Assembly (NCBI GenBank): GCA_016789445.1
Contig: JAEUQT010000002.1
Span: 72,052 to 136,051 of the forward strand
Direction of reading: 5' to 3'
Origin: a bacterium
GTDB taxonomy: Bacteria > Patescibacteriota > Minisyncoccia > Phycocordibacterales > UBA2100
Length of the DNA stretch: 64,000 nt
Position numbers and translations under genes: made by a program. The notes beneath the pieces are model-generated. The model had not been told where the DNA came from. It worked only from the letters and a program-made list of their open reading frames with translations, and did not search any database. The first letter of the stretch is position 1. Each line of letters begins with the position of its first letter. Positions 20,377 through 29,448 of this stretch are shown in pieces.

Positions 20377-21332
20377 AGAAGCAATTGATCAATGCGTATA
20401 CGAAGATGCTCAGCATTCGAGCTGCTGAAGAGCAGATAGCCAAGCACTATCTCGATAATAAGATAATGAGCTTCGTGCACTTTTATGTGGGCCAGGAAGC
20501 AGTGGCTGTTGGGGTGAGTGATGCCCTGCGAGCGGAAGACCGAGCGATGGGGAATCATCGATCGCATGGACATTACCTTGCGAAAGGAGGGGATATGAAG
20601 CGGATGATGTGTGAGCTTCTCGGTAAAGCTGGGGGTTGTGCGCATGGTAAAGGGGGATCGATGCATATGATTGATACGTCGGTCAATTTCATCGGATCGA
20701 CGCCGATTCTCGGAAGTATTGTGCCTTTGGCCAACGGAAGCGCTTTCGAACAGAAATACTCGAAGAAAAAAGGCGTGACAGTGGCTTTTTTCGGGGATGG
20801 CGCTTTCGAAGAAGGTGTTGTCTACGAAACCCTCAATTTGGCAGCGCTCTTCAAACTACCGCTGCTTCTCGTGGTGGAAAACAACCTGTACTCCGTCAAT
20901 TCCAAGTTGCATGAGCGTCGCTCCGCCGGGCATGATTCTGAAAAGATTGTCACTGGTTTCGGTGCTGCGTATATCCGAGCTGACGGTAACGACTATGAGG
21001 ATGTGTATCGCAAGGCCGCAAAAGCAGTGACTGCGATGAGAAAGGGAGGAGGGCCTGTCGTCCTCGAATGCATGACCTATCGGCATATGGCGCACAGCGC
21101 TCCTATCTTCGATGATGCGCAGGGATATCGCGAAGAGGACGTGTTTGAGGTGCGCATCAAGAAAGATTCGGTACAGCGACTGCGCAAAAAACTCTTGCGA
21201 TTGGGGGTCTTAGAGAAACGGCTGGGCGCGATCGAGTCCGATGTGCAACAGGAAGCCGCGCGAAATCTCGCATATGCTATCGCTGCCGAGTACCCTGAGA
21301 AATCTGAGCTTTATACCGACGTCTATGCCTGA
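20373..21332 (+). CDS. TPP-dependent 2-oxoacid dehydrogenase E1 component, alpha subunit
   Basis: 319 aa with the TPP-binding region GDGAFEEGVVYETLNLAALFKLPLLLVVENNLY, an E1-alpha hallmark. It overlaps the previous gene by 4 bp. Confidence 0.7.
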   Translation: MKKQLINAYTKMLSIRAAEEQIAKHYLDNKIMSFVHFYVGQEAVAVGVSDALRAEDRAMGNHRSHGHYLAKGGDMKRMMCELLGKAGGCAHGKGGSMHMIDTSVNFIGSTPILGSIVPLANGSAFEQKYSKKKGVTVAFFGDGAFEEGVVYETLNLAALFKLPLLLVVENNLYSVNSKLHERRSAGHDSEKIVTGFGAAYIRADGNDYEDVYRKAAKAVTAMRKGGGPVVLECMTYRHMAHSAPIFDDAQGYREEDVFEVRIKKDSVQRLRKKLLRLGVLEKRLGAIESDVQQEAARNLAYAIAAEYPEKSELYTDVYA

Positions 21333-22365
21333 GCGAATCATAAAATACACGGAAGCGCTGAAAGAAGCGGCTGATCAGATGATGGAAATCGATCCGAAGG
21401 TGTTTATCATCGGTCTCGGCGTCTCGTATAAGAACGGTGCCGACGGTACCACTGCCGGACTCAAGGCGAAGTATCCGACCCGCGTGCTCGATGTCCCGGT
21501 CTCCGAAGCGGGAGTTACCGGCATGGCGGTCGGGGCAGCTATAACCGGTCTTCATCCGATCGTGCATCATGGCCGCGTCGAATTCAGCCTCCTTGCCTCA
21601 GATTCCATCTTCACCCAGGCGGCAAAATGGAATTATATGTTCGGCGGCGGTAATCCCGTGCCTATCGTCATCCGGATCAATGTCGGAAGACAATGGGGAA
21701 ACGGGCCGCAGCATACCCAAGCGTTATATTCGCTCTTCGGCAATGTACCCGGACTCAAGGTCGTGATACCCGCGACACCCTACATGGCGAAAGGTCTGCT
21801 CGTCTCTGCTCTTAAAGACAAAAATCCGGTCGTGATACTCGAACCGCGCTGGCTCTTCGGAATCAAGCAGCATGTACCGGTTGAACTGTATGCAGAACCG
21901 CTGGACAGGGCCCGTGTCGTGAAAAAAGGCAGGGACATCACCATCGTCGCGTATGGCGACGGTTTGATCGCGGCGCAGGAGGCGCTCGAGCTTATGAATG
22001 ACGATATCGACGCAGAGCTTATTGATCTCGTGAGTATCAATCCCATAGACATCGATACGGTCATCTCCTCGGTCAAGAAGACCGGCAGGCTTCTCTCTAT
22101 AGATACCACGAATGAAGCGTTCAATGTGGGATCAGAAATCACCGCGAAAGTAGTACAGAACGCATCCGTGACGCTCAAAGAGCGACCGCACGCGCTCAGT
22201 ACGCCGAATGTACCGTGTCCGACCTCGACAAACCTGACCGAATCGTATTATCCGACCAAGGTCAGCATCGCGAATGCCGTGAACACCATTTTCAAAAAGC
22301 CCGCGATCGATCACAAGCTCGGATTCGAAGAATTGCATCTCGCGCCGGGCATAACCATCAAATGA
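21325..22365 (+). CDS. TPP-dependent 2-oxoacid dehydrogenase E1 component, beta subunit
   Basis: Begins MPERIIKYTEALKEAADQMMEIDPKVFIIGLGV. It has transketolase-like pyrimidine-binding and C-terminal domains and overlaps the alpha subunit by 8 bp. Confidence 0.7.
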   Translation: MPERIIKYTEALKEAADQMMEIDPKVFIIGLGVSYKNGADGTTAGLKAKYPTRVLDVPVSEAGVTGMAVGAAITGLHPIVHHGRVEFSLLASDSIFTQAAKWNYMFGGGNPVPIVIRINVGRQWGNGPQHTQALYSLFGNVPGLKVVIPATPYMAKGLLVSALKDKNPVVILEPRWLFGIKQHVPVELYAEPLDRARVVKKGRDITIVAYGDGLIAAQEALELMNDDIDAELIDLVSINPIDIDTVISSVKKTGRLLSIDTTNEAFNVGSEITAKVVQNASVTLKERPHALSTPNVPCPTSTNLTESYYPTKVSIANAVNTIFKKPAIDHKLGFEELHLAPGITIK

Positions 22366-22367
22366 AA

Positions 22368-23102
22368 AAGATCCTTGTCATCGGCGAGAGTGCACGGGAT
22401 GTCTTCGTCTACTGTCATGCAGAACGTCTTGCTCCTGATCTCCCGATCCCTGTTTTGAACGTCATCGAGCAGAAAGAAAATCCCGGGATGGCGATGAATG
22501 TCGAGCGTAACATCAAAAGCATACTCTCGAGCTGCGATATTGTGACGAACCCGAATTGGAAGAACGTGACCAAGACGCGGTATATGCACCATGCAAGCAA
22601 TCATGCGTTCCTCAGGGTCGACACGAACCCGCGCATGCCGCGAGCCCAGGTGCGGAAGATTCCTTTGTCACGATATTCAGTCATCGCGATCTCGGACTAT
22701 AACAAGGGTTTCCTATCGGAAGCGGATATTCAGTATATCTGCGAGAATCACAACTGTGTGTTCCTCGACACCAAGAAGATCCTCGGCAATTTCGCTGCAA
22801 AAGCAGCTTTCATAAAGATAAACAACTTCGAGTACGAACGATCGAAAGCAAGCATCACCCCCGAAGTGATGCAGAAGACTATCGTGACACAAGGAGGAGG
22901 GGGTGCTTTATTTAAAAACAAGATATATCCGGTTCGACGATTTGAGGTGAAGGATACGTCGGGTGCCGGCGACAGCTTTTTCGCGGCATTAGTGGTCAAA
23001 TATGCAGAGACGAAGGATGTAATCAAATCGATTAAATTCGCCAATCTCTGTGCTTCAAACACCGTTCAGCACCGAGGAGTCTCCGTCATCAAGCGTCCGT
23101 AG
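22368..23102 (+). CDS. PfkB-family carbohydrate kinase (HldE kinase-domain-like; possible heptose-7-phosphate kinase)
   Basis: MKKILVIGESARDVFVY N-terminus and the C-terminal PfkB signature DTSGAGDSFFAALV. It is short (244 aa). Confidence 0.5.
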   Translation, partial: KILVIGESARDVFVYCHAERLAPDLPIPVLNVIEQKENPGMAMNVERNIKSILSSCDIVTNPNWKNVTKTRYMHHASNHAFLRVDTNPRMPRAQVRKIPLSRYSVIAISDYNKGFLSEADIQYICENHNCVFLDTKKILGNFAAKAAFIKINNFEYERSKASITPEVMQKTIVTQGGGGALFKNKIYPVRRFEVKDTSGAGDSFFAALVVKYAETKDVIKSIKFANLCASNTVQHRGVSVIKRP

Positions 23103-23105
23103 AGG

Positions 23106-23831
23106 TCATCGGATCAGGTCTGCGAATGCGCTGTCTATAAACACGGTATTCACGTTCGTATCGGCATAGACCATGTATCCTACTGATGCGAGGTACTCAA
23201 GTATTTCCTTCTGTTTTTCAACCGTACCTTGATCGCTATATCGTAACGTTTCGGCGCAAATAAGCTTCGGGCGGTATTTCGTTACATTGATCGATTTGAG
23301 GATCTCGAAATCCAATCCTTCTGCGTCGACGGAAATAATATCGACAGACCCGGAGAGATATTTTTCGACGATTGAATCAACAGTGTAGAGAGGGAGCTTT
23401 AGTACCTTCTGTATCGATTGATCGCCGTAGTTCTTAGTCGAGGCGTTCTTCTCGGCTTCTTTCTGAGAGAATGTGCCAAGGGGTTTCGAGCTCATGGCGT
23501 AGAAATCTGCGCCCTCGCTTTCCTCAGGACCGACGCCTGCCTGAAGACATACATCTCGTGTTCGCGTCCGTTTGATCACGCGAAAGAGTTCAGGATCAGG
23601 TTCGACGCACACGCCTCGAGATCCTGTCGAATAAAAGAGATACGTATTGTTGTTGAGGATCGGATGGTTGGTGCCGATGTCGATATAGGTCGGGTGCTCG
23701 ATACCTATCAGGTTCAGGGCGCACCGCATGAGAAGATCCTCGCCGCATTGCGAATAACTCTTCTTGTATTTTGTACTCAAGTGGTATTGCGCAAAAAGCA
23801 CATACTTTCTCCAATCAAGATATTTATTCAT
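23106..23831 (-). CDS. FkbM-family methyltransferase
   Basis: SQCGEDLLM...YIDIGTNHP matches the FkbM (Methyltransf_21) N-terminal signature. 241 aa. Confidence 0.55.
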   Translation of the reverse strand: MNKYLDWRKYVLFAQYHLSTKYKKSYSQCGEDLLMRCALNLIGIEHPTYIDIGTNHPILNNNTYLFYSTGSRGVCVEPDPELFRVIKRTRTRDVCLQAGVGPEESEGADFYAMSSKPLGTFSQKEAEKNASTKNYGDQSIQKVLKLPLYTVDSIVEKYLSGSVDIISVDAEGLDFEILKSINVTKYRPKLICAETLRYSDQGTVEKQKEILEYLASVGYMVYADTNVNTVFIDSAFADLIR

Positions 23832-24273
23832 GCTTGGGAGGGGATATCTTGTCCTGTATAAACTGCGTATAGTTTTCCCACAGATTTTTATCTGCCGAAT
23901 CTATCTTCTGACTGTCTCCTTTTCCGATCCGATACGAGTCCTTTTCATCGTGAGGGGTCGAGACTTCGAGCACGATTGCATCCGTTAGTGCAGTCAACTG
24001 ATGGGGGGCACCAATGGGAACATGCACAACATCGCCCTCTTTTAGGACATCTATAATACGTTCCGCATTCGTTAAATCATAATGACGCAGTTCAATACTT
24101 CCTTGAAGGATGTACCATGTCTCGTCTTTCTTGAGATGAAAATGGTCACTAAATGATGCGCCCGCAGTGAAATGCAATAATTTACCGCAGTATTTATCAT
24201 TATTTATGATCCAGATTTCCTTGCCCCAGCCTTTGGGGTGGATTTCGGGCTTAAGAATACGGATTTTACTCAT
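23824..24273 (-). CDS. Cupin-domain protein
   Basis: 149 aa with the GWGKEIWI...FHLKKDETWYILQGS conserved cupin barrel motifs. Confidence 0.45.
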   Translation of the reverse strand: MSKIRILKPEIHPKGWGKEIWIINNDKYCGKLLHFTAGASFSDHFHLKKDETWYILQGSIELRHYDLTNAERIIDVLKEGDVVHVPIGAPHQLTALTDAIVLEVSTPHDEKDSYRIGKGDSQKIDSADKNLWENYTQFIQDKISPPKHE

Positions 24274-24284
24274 GAAAGGTGGAG

Positions 24285-24983
24285 CTACGTGCCGGTAGAG
24301 TCATTATGCTGCGCTGGATGAAAAAGTCGAGGTACCGCTTCCCAATCCTCAAACAAGGCTACAGGTCCCGCTTCTTGAAGCAGGGATATTCGATCTTCAT
24401 CAAGAGCGAAGGGGGCGGGGATGGCAATGACCGAGGATCCAGCCTGGTGTGCTGCTTGTATGCCGACGACTGAATCCTCAAAGACTAGCTGGTCATTTCC
24501 AACTACATGTAATATATGTGCGGTGCGTGCGAAGACCTCTCCCGCGGGCTTTATCTCGCTGACGTCTTCTCGGAATACACATACAGCAGGTGGGAAAAAA
24601 CGATCCAAGCCAGTTTTTATCAGGATATCTGTTCCGAAATCTCGGCTCGTTGTAGAGCCGATGGCTATAGTGCAACCATGTGATAATTGCGACTCGATAA
24701 ACTCTATTAAGCCAGGTCGAGGAGCGAGGGTGGTTGCATTAAACAGTTCGACAAAATGAATTCGCTTGCGCTCTCGAGCAATTTCGAGTTGAAAATCAGG
24801 AAATTTCGACAACATGGCCTGAAAAATAAAACGCGCTCCGCCACCCATTGCGTTTGGCAGCCTGGCAATTTCAAGAGGAGACATGATGATGCCTTGTTCG
24901 GCGAAGGCTTGGGAATATGCTGTGAAATGAATTTCTTCCAAGTCGACACATGTGCCTTCCAGGTCGAATGCGACACCTTTCAT
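24285..24983 (-). CDS. HAD-superfamily hydrolase (subfamily IA-like phosphatase)
   Basis: Start at MKGVAFDLEGTCVDLEE (DxD motif I), with later SVVGIQAAHQAGSSVIAI-type motifs. The longer ORF to 25190 overlaps the divergent gene, so the internal start was chosen. Confidence 0.5.
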   Translation of the reverse strand: MKGVAFDLEGTCVDLEEIHFTAYSQAFAEQGIIMSPLEIARLPNAMGGGARFIFQAMLSKFPDFQLEIARERKRIHFVELFNATTLAPRPGLIEFIESQLSHGCTIAIGSTTSRDFGTDILIKTGLDRFFPPAVCVFREDVSEIKPAGEVFARTAHILHVVGNDQLVFEDSVVGIQAAHQAGSSVIAIPAPFALDEDRISLLQEAGPVALFEDWEAVPRLFHPAQHNDSTGT

Positions 24984-25059
24984 AGCGGAAGAGTGCAATG
25001 CATCACGAAAGAATGCAAGGTGAAATGGACGACGAGGGCGAGCTCTGTATACTGGCACG

Positions 25060-25962
25060 ATGCGAACCTTAGTGACTGGCGGAACCGGTTTTGTTGGATC
25101 GAATCTCGCGTTTGAACTGGAAAAGCAAGGACATGATGTCGTGGTCATCGGCAGCCGAGCCGAGCCTGCGTTGGCCGGGTTTAGCGGCACGGTCCTGTAT
25201 CGAGAAAACGGCAGGTTGCCGCTCGAATCGATCGGACATATCGACGTCCTCTTTCATCAAGGCGCGAATGCGGATACTTCGATTCTCGATCGTGAGCAGA
25301 TGTTCCGCGATAATGTCGAAGATTCGAGAGCTGTGTTCGAGTACGCACTCAAAAATGGCGCACATCACATTACCTACGCATCATCGACCGCTGTATACGG
25401 TAATCTACCTACTCCGTATAAGGAAGATGGCCCTGTTGCGCCTTTAAATCCGTACGGTGAATCGAAAGCTGCGCTCGATACATACGCAATGGATTTTGCT
25501 CGAAACAATCCTGCGGTACGAGTGATCGGCCTGAGATACTGCAATGTCTACGGCCCGCGAGAAGCACATAAGGGAAAGATGGCCAGCATGATCTATCAGC
25601 TCGCGACGCAGATGCACCAAGGAAATCCGCGCATATTCAAATGGGGTGAGCAGAAGCGCGAGTATATCTATGTAAAGGATGTGGTCGAGGCGAATATCAG
25701 CTCGCTTACGGCGAACGAAAGTACTGTCGTGAACTGCTCGAGCGGCGTACCGGTCAGTTTCAATGAACTGGTGCGTATACTCAACAAGGTCTTAGGGCTG
25801 GATCGCGTGCCGGAATATATCGATAATCCGTATGAGGGTCTCTATCAGAATCACATCGAGTGCGATATCTCTCGCATGGCAGACGTTCTAGGGTTCCGAC
25901 CCGCGTACACCGTCGAGACAGGGATCAGGGATTACTTCGATTCCGGTTTCTTGTCTCGATAA
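25060..25962 (+). CDS. NAD-dependent epimerase/dehydratase, ADP-L-glycero-D-manno-heptose 6-epimerase (HldD)-like
   Basis: MRTLVTGGTGFVGSNL Rossmann start and the YGESKAALD catalytic motif. The 300-aa size and the neighbourhood (kinase, nucleotidyltransferase, phosphatase) fit HldD-like enzymes. Confidence 0.55.
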   Translation: MRTLVTGGTGFVGSNLAFELEKQGHDVVVIGSRAEPALAGFSGTVLYRENGRLPLESIGHIDVLFHQGANADTSILDREQMFRDNVEDSRAVFEYALKNGAHHITYASSTAVYGNLPTPYKEDGPVAPLNPYGESKAALDTYAMDFARNNPAVRVIGLRYCNVYGPREAHKGKMASMIYQLATQMHQGNPRIFKWGEQKREYIYVKDVVEANISSLTANESTVVNCSSGVPVSFNELVRILNKVLGLDRVPEYIDNPYEGLYQNHIECDISRMADVLGFRPAYTVETGIRDYFDSGFLSR

Positions 25963-26486
25963 GCGGAAACAATCCTCTCAATCTGCCGTGTCGTCGAATG
26001 GCGACCGGTATGGCGGATCAGCTTCACTTTCCCGCCGTAGGAGGCGACGATTGCGCCTTCGGTAATCTCAGCAAGAGAGCGATCGGATCCTTTCACGTGG
26101 ATATCGGGCCTCACCTTCTTGATCCACGGATCAGGCGTGTCCGATGAGAATATGAATACATAATCGACGCACTCCAGGGCGGACACCATGAATGCCCGTT
26201 CCTTTGCGGGAACGATCGGGCGGAGCTTGCCTTTATAGCGTCGTACTGATGCATCCGAATTAACGCCCACAATAAGCACATCACCGTGCTTCTTTGCTTC
26301 AATTAAGCTGTGTACATGTCCGGGATGCAGGAGATCAAATGTGCCGTTGGTGGTGACTATCAGCATGCCGTTGCTGCGGAGATTCTGTACTTTGCGCGCT
26401 ACTGCAGCAATGCTCAGTATCTTAGGGGAGGTGAGGCTCGGAGCCATATAGATCCGCATCATAGGTGCGTCCCAGGCTTTATTCAA
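25932..26486 (-). CDS. Cytidylyltransferase-like nucleotidyltransferase (RfaE domain II-like heptose-1-P adenylyltransferase)
   Basis: NGTFDLLHPGHVHSL is the (H/T)xGH motif of the cytidylyltransferase superfamily, preceded by an IAAVARKVQNLRSNG region as in HldE domain II. The true start may be an internal Met. Confidence 0.55.
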   Translation of the reverse strand: MNKAWDAPMMRIYMAPSLTSPKILSIAAVARKVQNLRSNGMLIVTTNGTFDLLHPGHVHSLIEAKKHGDVLIVGVNSDASVRRYKGKLRPIVPAKERAFMVSALECVDYVFIFSSDTPDPWIKKVRPDIHVKGSDRSLAEITEGAIVASYGGKVKLIRHTGRHSTTRQIERIVSAYRDKKPESK

Positions 26487-26545
26487 GCGTTGGTCGGGTG
26501 GTACGCCTGATGCTATAGTGAGGCACTTACGTTTGACTGAAATAC

Positions 26546-27517
26546 ATGGCTGATTTTTACTCCGGCAAGAAGGTGTTGGTAACGGGAGGTGCTGGATTTA
26601 TCGGCAGCCACACAGTTGAGATGCTGGTTGAACGTGGTGCCGATGTTACGGTGCCGGTACGCTCGACGACAAGCCAAGATTTCCTTAAAGACGTCAAGGG
26701 TCAAATTTCGATCATTGAATCTGATCTCCGAGATCGAAAAAAGATTGAAGAACTGATGCAAGGGAAAGACATTGTCGTCAATCTTGCTGCAGCCAAAGGA
26801 GGTGGCATCGCGCACAGTATGCGACACCATGGCAGCTTGTTTCGAGACAACATGGAGCCGTTCCTTACGGTACTCGATGCGGCGCGGGTCGCGGGAGTCG
26901 AGCGCTTCCTCGTCGTTAGTTCTGCATGTGTGTATTCTCGAGAAGCAAGTGATCATGCTGTTGAGTCGGACGGATTTGTGGGTGTTCCAGAAGCCGCGAA
27001 CGCGGGATATGGATGGGCGAAGCGTATGGAGGAATATCTGGGACAGGCATACGCTGAGGAATTCGGCATGAAAATTGCAATTGCGCGTGCCTACAACGCC
27101 TACGGTCCTCGTGACGCATATTTCGCCGAGTACAGCCATGTGATCCCAAGTCTCATTCAGCGTATTTTCCGTGGAGACAATCCGCTGACTATCTGGGGAA
27201 CCGGTACACAGACTCGTTCGTTTGTATATTCGACCGATTTCGCTCGAGGCATTCTTGATGTGTGTGAAAAATATCCCGTCGCTGACCCCTTGAATATCGG
27301 CAGTGACGAGGAGATATCGATAGCTGATCTCGCCCGGCTCCTGATTGAGATTTCAGGAAAAAAGATAGATATCGAATTCGATACGTCGAAGCCTGATGGT
27401 CCGATGCGTCGGAGTGCTGATATGTCGAAAGCGTTCGAGAAGATAGCATTCAAGGCTCACATGCCGTTGCGTGAGGGTCTTCAGAAGTGTGTAGATTGGT
27501 ACAGAGCCCACATATGA
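26546..27517 (+). CDS. NAD-dependent sugar epimerase/dehydratase (extended SDR)
   Basis: VLVTGGAGFIGSHTVEML Rossmann motif and the YGWAK catalytic motif. 323 aa. Confidence 0.65.
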   Translation: MADFYSGKKVLVTGGAGFIGSHTVEMLVERGADVTVPVRSTTSQDFLKDVKGQISIIESDLRDRKKIEELMQGKDIVVNLAAAKGGGIAHSMRHHGSLFRDNMEPFLTVLDAARVAGVERFLVVSSACVYSREASDHAVESDGFVGVPEAANAGYGWAKRMEEYLGQAYAEEFGMKIAIARAYNAYGPRDAYFAEYSHVIPSLIQRIFRGDNPLTIWGTGTQTRSFVYSTDFARGILDVCEKYPVADPLNIGSDEEISIADLARLLIEISGKKIDIEFDTSKPDGPMRRSADMSKAFEKIAFKAHMPLREGLQKCVDWYRAHI

Positions 27518-28179
27518 GTGTCACCTTGATCGCGGCAACATTGAATGAGCTTGAGGCCGCTAAGGTTGTTTTGCCGCGTATTGATCGATCGGTCGTTGAT
27601 GAGATTATTGTCGTCGACGGCGGATCAACAGACGGCACAGTTGAATTCTGTGAATCGCAAGGGTACACGGTGTATCGTCAGAAACAGCGCGGATATGGAT
27701 CTGCAATGCGGGAAGCCTCTGCTCTCGCAAAGGGCGATCTTATTATCGAATTTCCGCCGGATGGGAATTCGCTTCCCGAGAAGGTTCCTGATGTAGTGAA
27801 AAAACTTGAAGAAGGGTACGATCTCGTCATTGCATCACGGTACGCGCCGGGTGCACGGAGTGATGATGATGATTTCCTCACCGGCATCGGGAATTGGGGA
27901 TTCACGTTTGTCACTAATCTGTTGTTCTGGAGCTCGTATACCGACGTCTTGGTGGGTTTTCGTGGATACAGGAAGTCGGCGCTTGAGAAGGTGCGTATGG
28001 ACGCACCTGGCCTTGAATGGTCCATCCAGATGCCCATTCAATTCCGCAAGCATCGTCTCCGCACTGCTGATATTCCGGCTATTGAACCAGCGCGCATCGG
28101 TGGCGTGCGTAAGATGCGTCCGTTCAGGACGGGGTGGCGAATACTGAAGCTTCTCATTCGTGAGCGGTTTGCCCTATAA
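27514..28179 (+). CDS. GT2 glycosyltransferase (polyprenyl-phosphate sugar synthase-like)
   Basis: Start at the ATG in an ATGA overlap with the previous stop. It carries IIVVDGGSTDGT and DLVIASR motifs. 221 aa. Confidence 0.6.
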   Translation: MSVTLIAATLNELEAAKVVLPRIDRSVVDEIIVVDGGSTDGTVEFCESQGYTVYRQKQRGYGSAMREASALAKGDLIIEFPPDGNSLPEKVPDVVKKLEEGYDLVIASRYAPGARSDDDDFLTGIGNWGFTFVTNLLFWSSYTDVLVGFRGYRKSALEKVRMDAPGLEWSIQMPIQFRKHRLRTADIPAIEPARIGGVRKMRPFRTGWRILKLLIRERFAL

Positions 28180-29447
28180 TGCCTGCCATGTATACGAATA
28201 TCTCCCGTTGCCGGATCTGCGGATCGGATACCCTGGTCGACGTCTTGGATTTAGGCGAACAATTCCTGTCGTCGTCGTTCGTCAAGAATAATCTCGAAGA
28301 GCCGCTCGCAAAAGCTCGAGTCCCACTTACGGTCCTTTTGTGTTCAACGTGTGGCCTGGTACAGCTCCGACAGACCGTCGATCGTGATCTCATGTATCGC
28401 AGTTACTTCTATCGTTCGGGCGTGAATCCTATGATGCGGGATGCTCTTGCGGATGTGACGCGAGATATAAAGGCGCATGCGGGCTTGCAGGAGGGAGATT
28501 CCGTGCTCGATATTGGCTGCAACGATGGGACTATGCTGACGTACTACCCGATCACGATGCGACGTATCGGCATGGATCCGGCCCAGAATATAAACCGCGA
28601 TTCGCTCGATCCTTCGATCACCGTCATTCAGGATTATTTCTCAGCAGAGAAGGCGCGCACTGCGAACGAGGGTGCACTCTTCAAGGCAGTGTCGTCTATC
28701 GCAATGTTCTACGATTTAGATGATCCAAACGCCTTCGTCTCGGAGGTGAAATCGGTCCTTGCGCCTCGTGGTACCTGGTGCGTGCAGCTCAGTTATCTTG
28801 CTACCACGGTCGAGACGATGAATTTTTACGACATTTGTCACGAACATCTTCTGTACTACTCCTTGCGCACGCTTAAATTCCTCATGGAAAAGCACGGACT
28901 CAAGATCATCGACGCATCGCTCAATGACGTCAACGGAGGAAGTCTACGGTTCTTTGCGGTACATGCTGACGATCCGCGTGAGCCATCCGATGCACTCCGT
29001 GCGATTGAGGCAACCGAAGAAGTACTTGCGCTCGAAGAGAAGGCGACCTACGACCGGTTCGCGGCGTCCATCCAAAAGCTCAAGGACATTACGGTGGACT
29101 TCATTGAGAAAGAGCGCGCTTCAGGCGGTACCGTAATCGGCCTCGGCGCGTCGACCAAGGGCAATGTTCTTTTACAGTATTTCGGTATTACCAAGGAGAT
29201 GCTCCCGGCCATCAGTGATCGTTACGCCGAGAAAGTAGGTCTGCGTACGCTCGGGACGGATATTCGTGTCGTCTCCGAAGAAGAGGCTCGTGACATGAAG
29301 CCGTCCGCCATGCTCGTTCTCATTTGGTTTTTCAAAGAGGAACTCTTGAAGCGTGAGCGGCAGTATCTTGAAGGGGGTGGGAAGCTCTATTTCCCGATGC
29401 CGTATCCACATGTCGTCACCAAGGACGGTGAGGTGAGGCTTGATTAG
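28179..29447 (+). CDS. C-methyltransferase-like SAM-dependent methyltransferase with N-terminal Zn-ribbon (paralog 2)
   Basis: 422 aa. CRICGS...CSTCGLVQL zinc-binding domain followed by VLDIGCNDGT. It is collinear with the 12482-13750 protein (same length, same motif order). Confidence 0.6.
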   Translation: MPAMYTNISRCRICGSDTLVDVLDLGEQFLSSSFVKNNLEEPLAKARVPLTVLLCSTCGLVQLRQTVDRDLMYRSYFYRSGVNPMMRDALADVTRDIKAHAGLQEGDSVLDIGCNDGTMLTYYPITMRRIGMDPAQNINRDSLDPSITVIQDYFSAEKARTANEGALFKAVSSIAMFYDLDDPNAFVSEVKSVLAPRGTWCVQLSYLATTVETMNFYDICHEHLLYYSLRTLKFLMEKHGLKIIDASLNDVNGGSLRFFAVHADDPREPSDALRAIEATEEVLALEEKATYDRFAASIQKLKDITVDFIEKERASGGTVIGLGASTKGNVLLQYFGITKEMLPAISDRYAEKVGLRTLGTDIRVVSEEEARDMKPSAMLVLIWFFKEELLKRERQYLEGGGKLYFPMPYPHVVTKDGEVRLD

Positions 29448-29448
29448 C

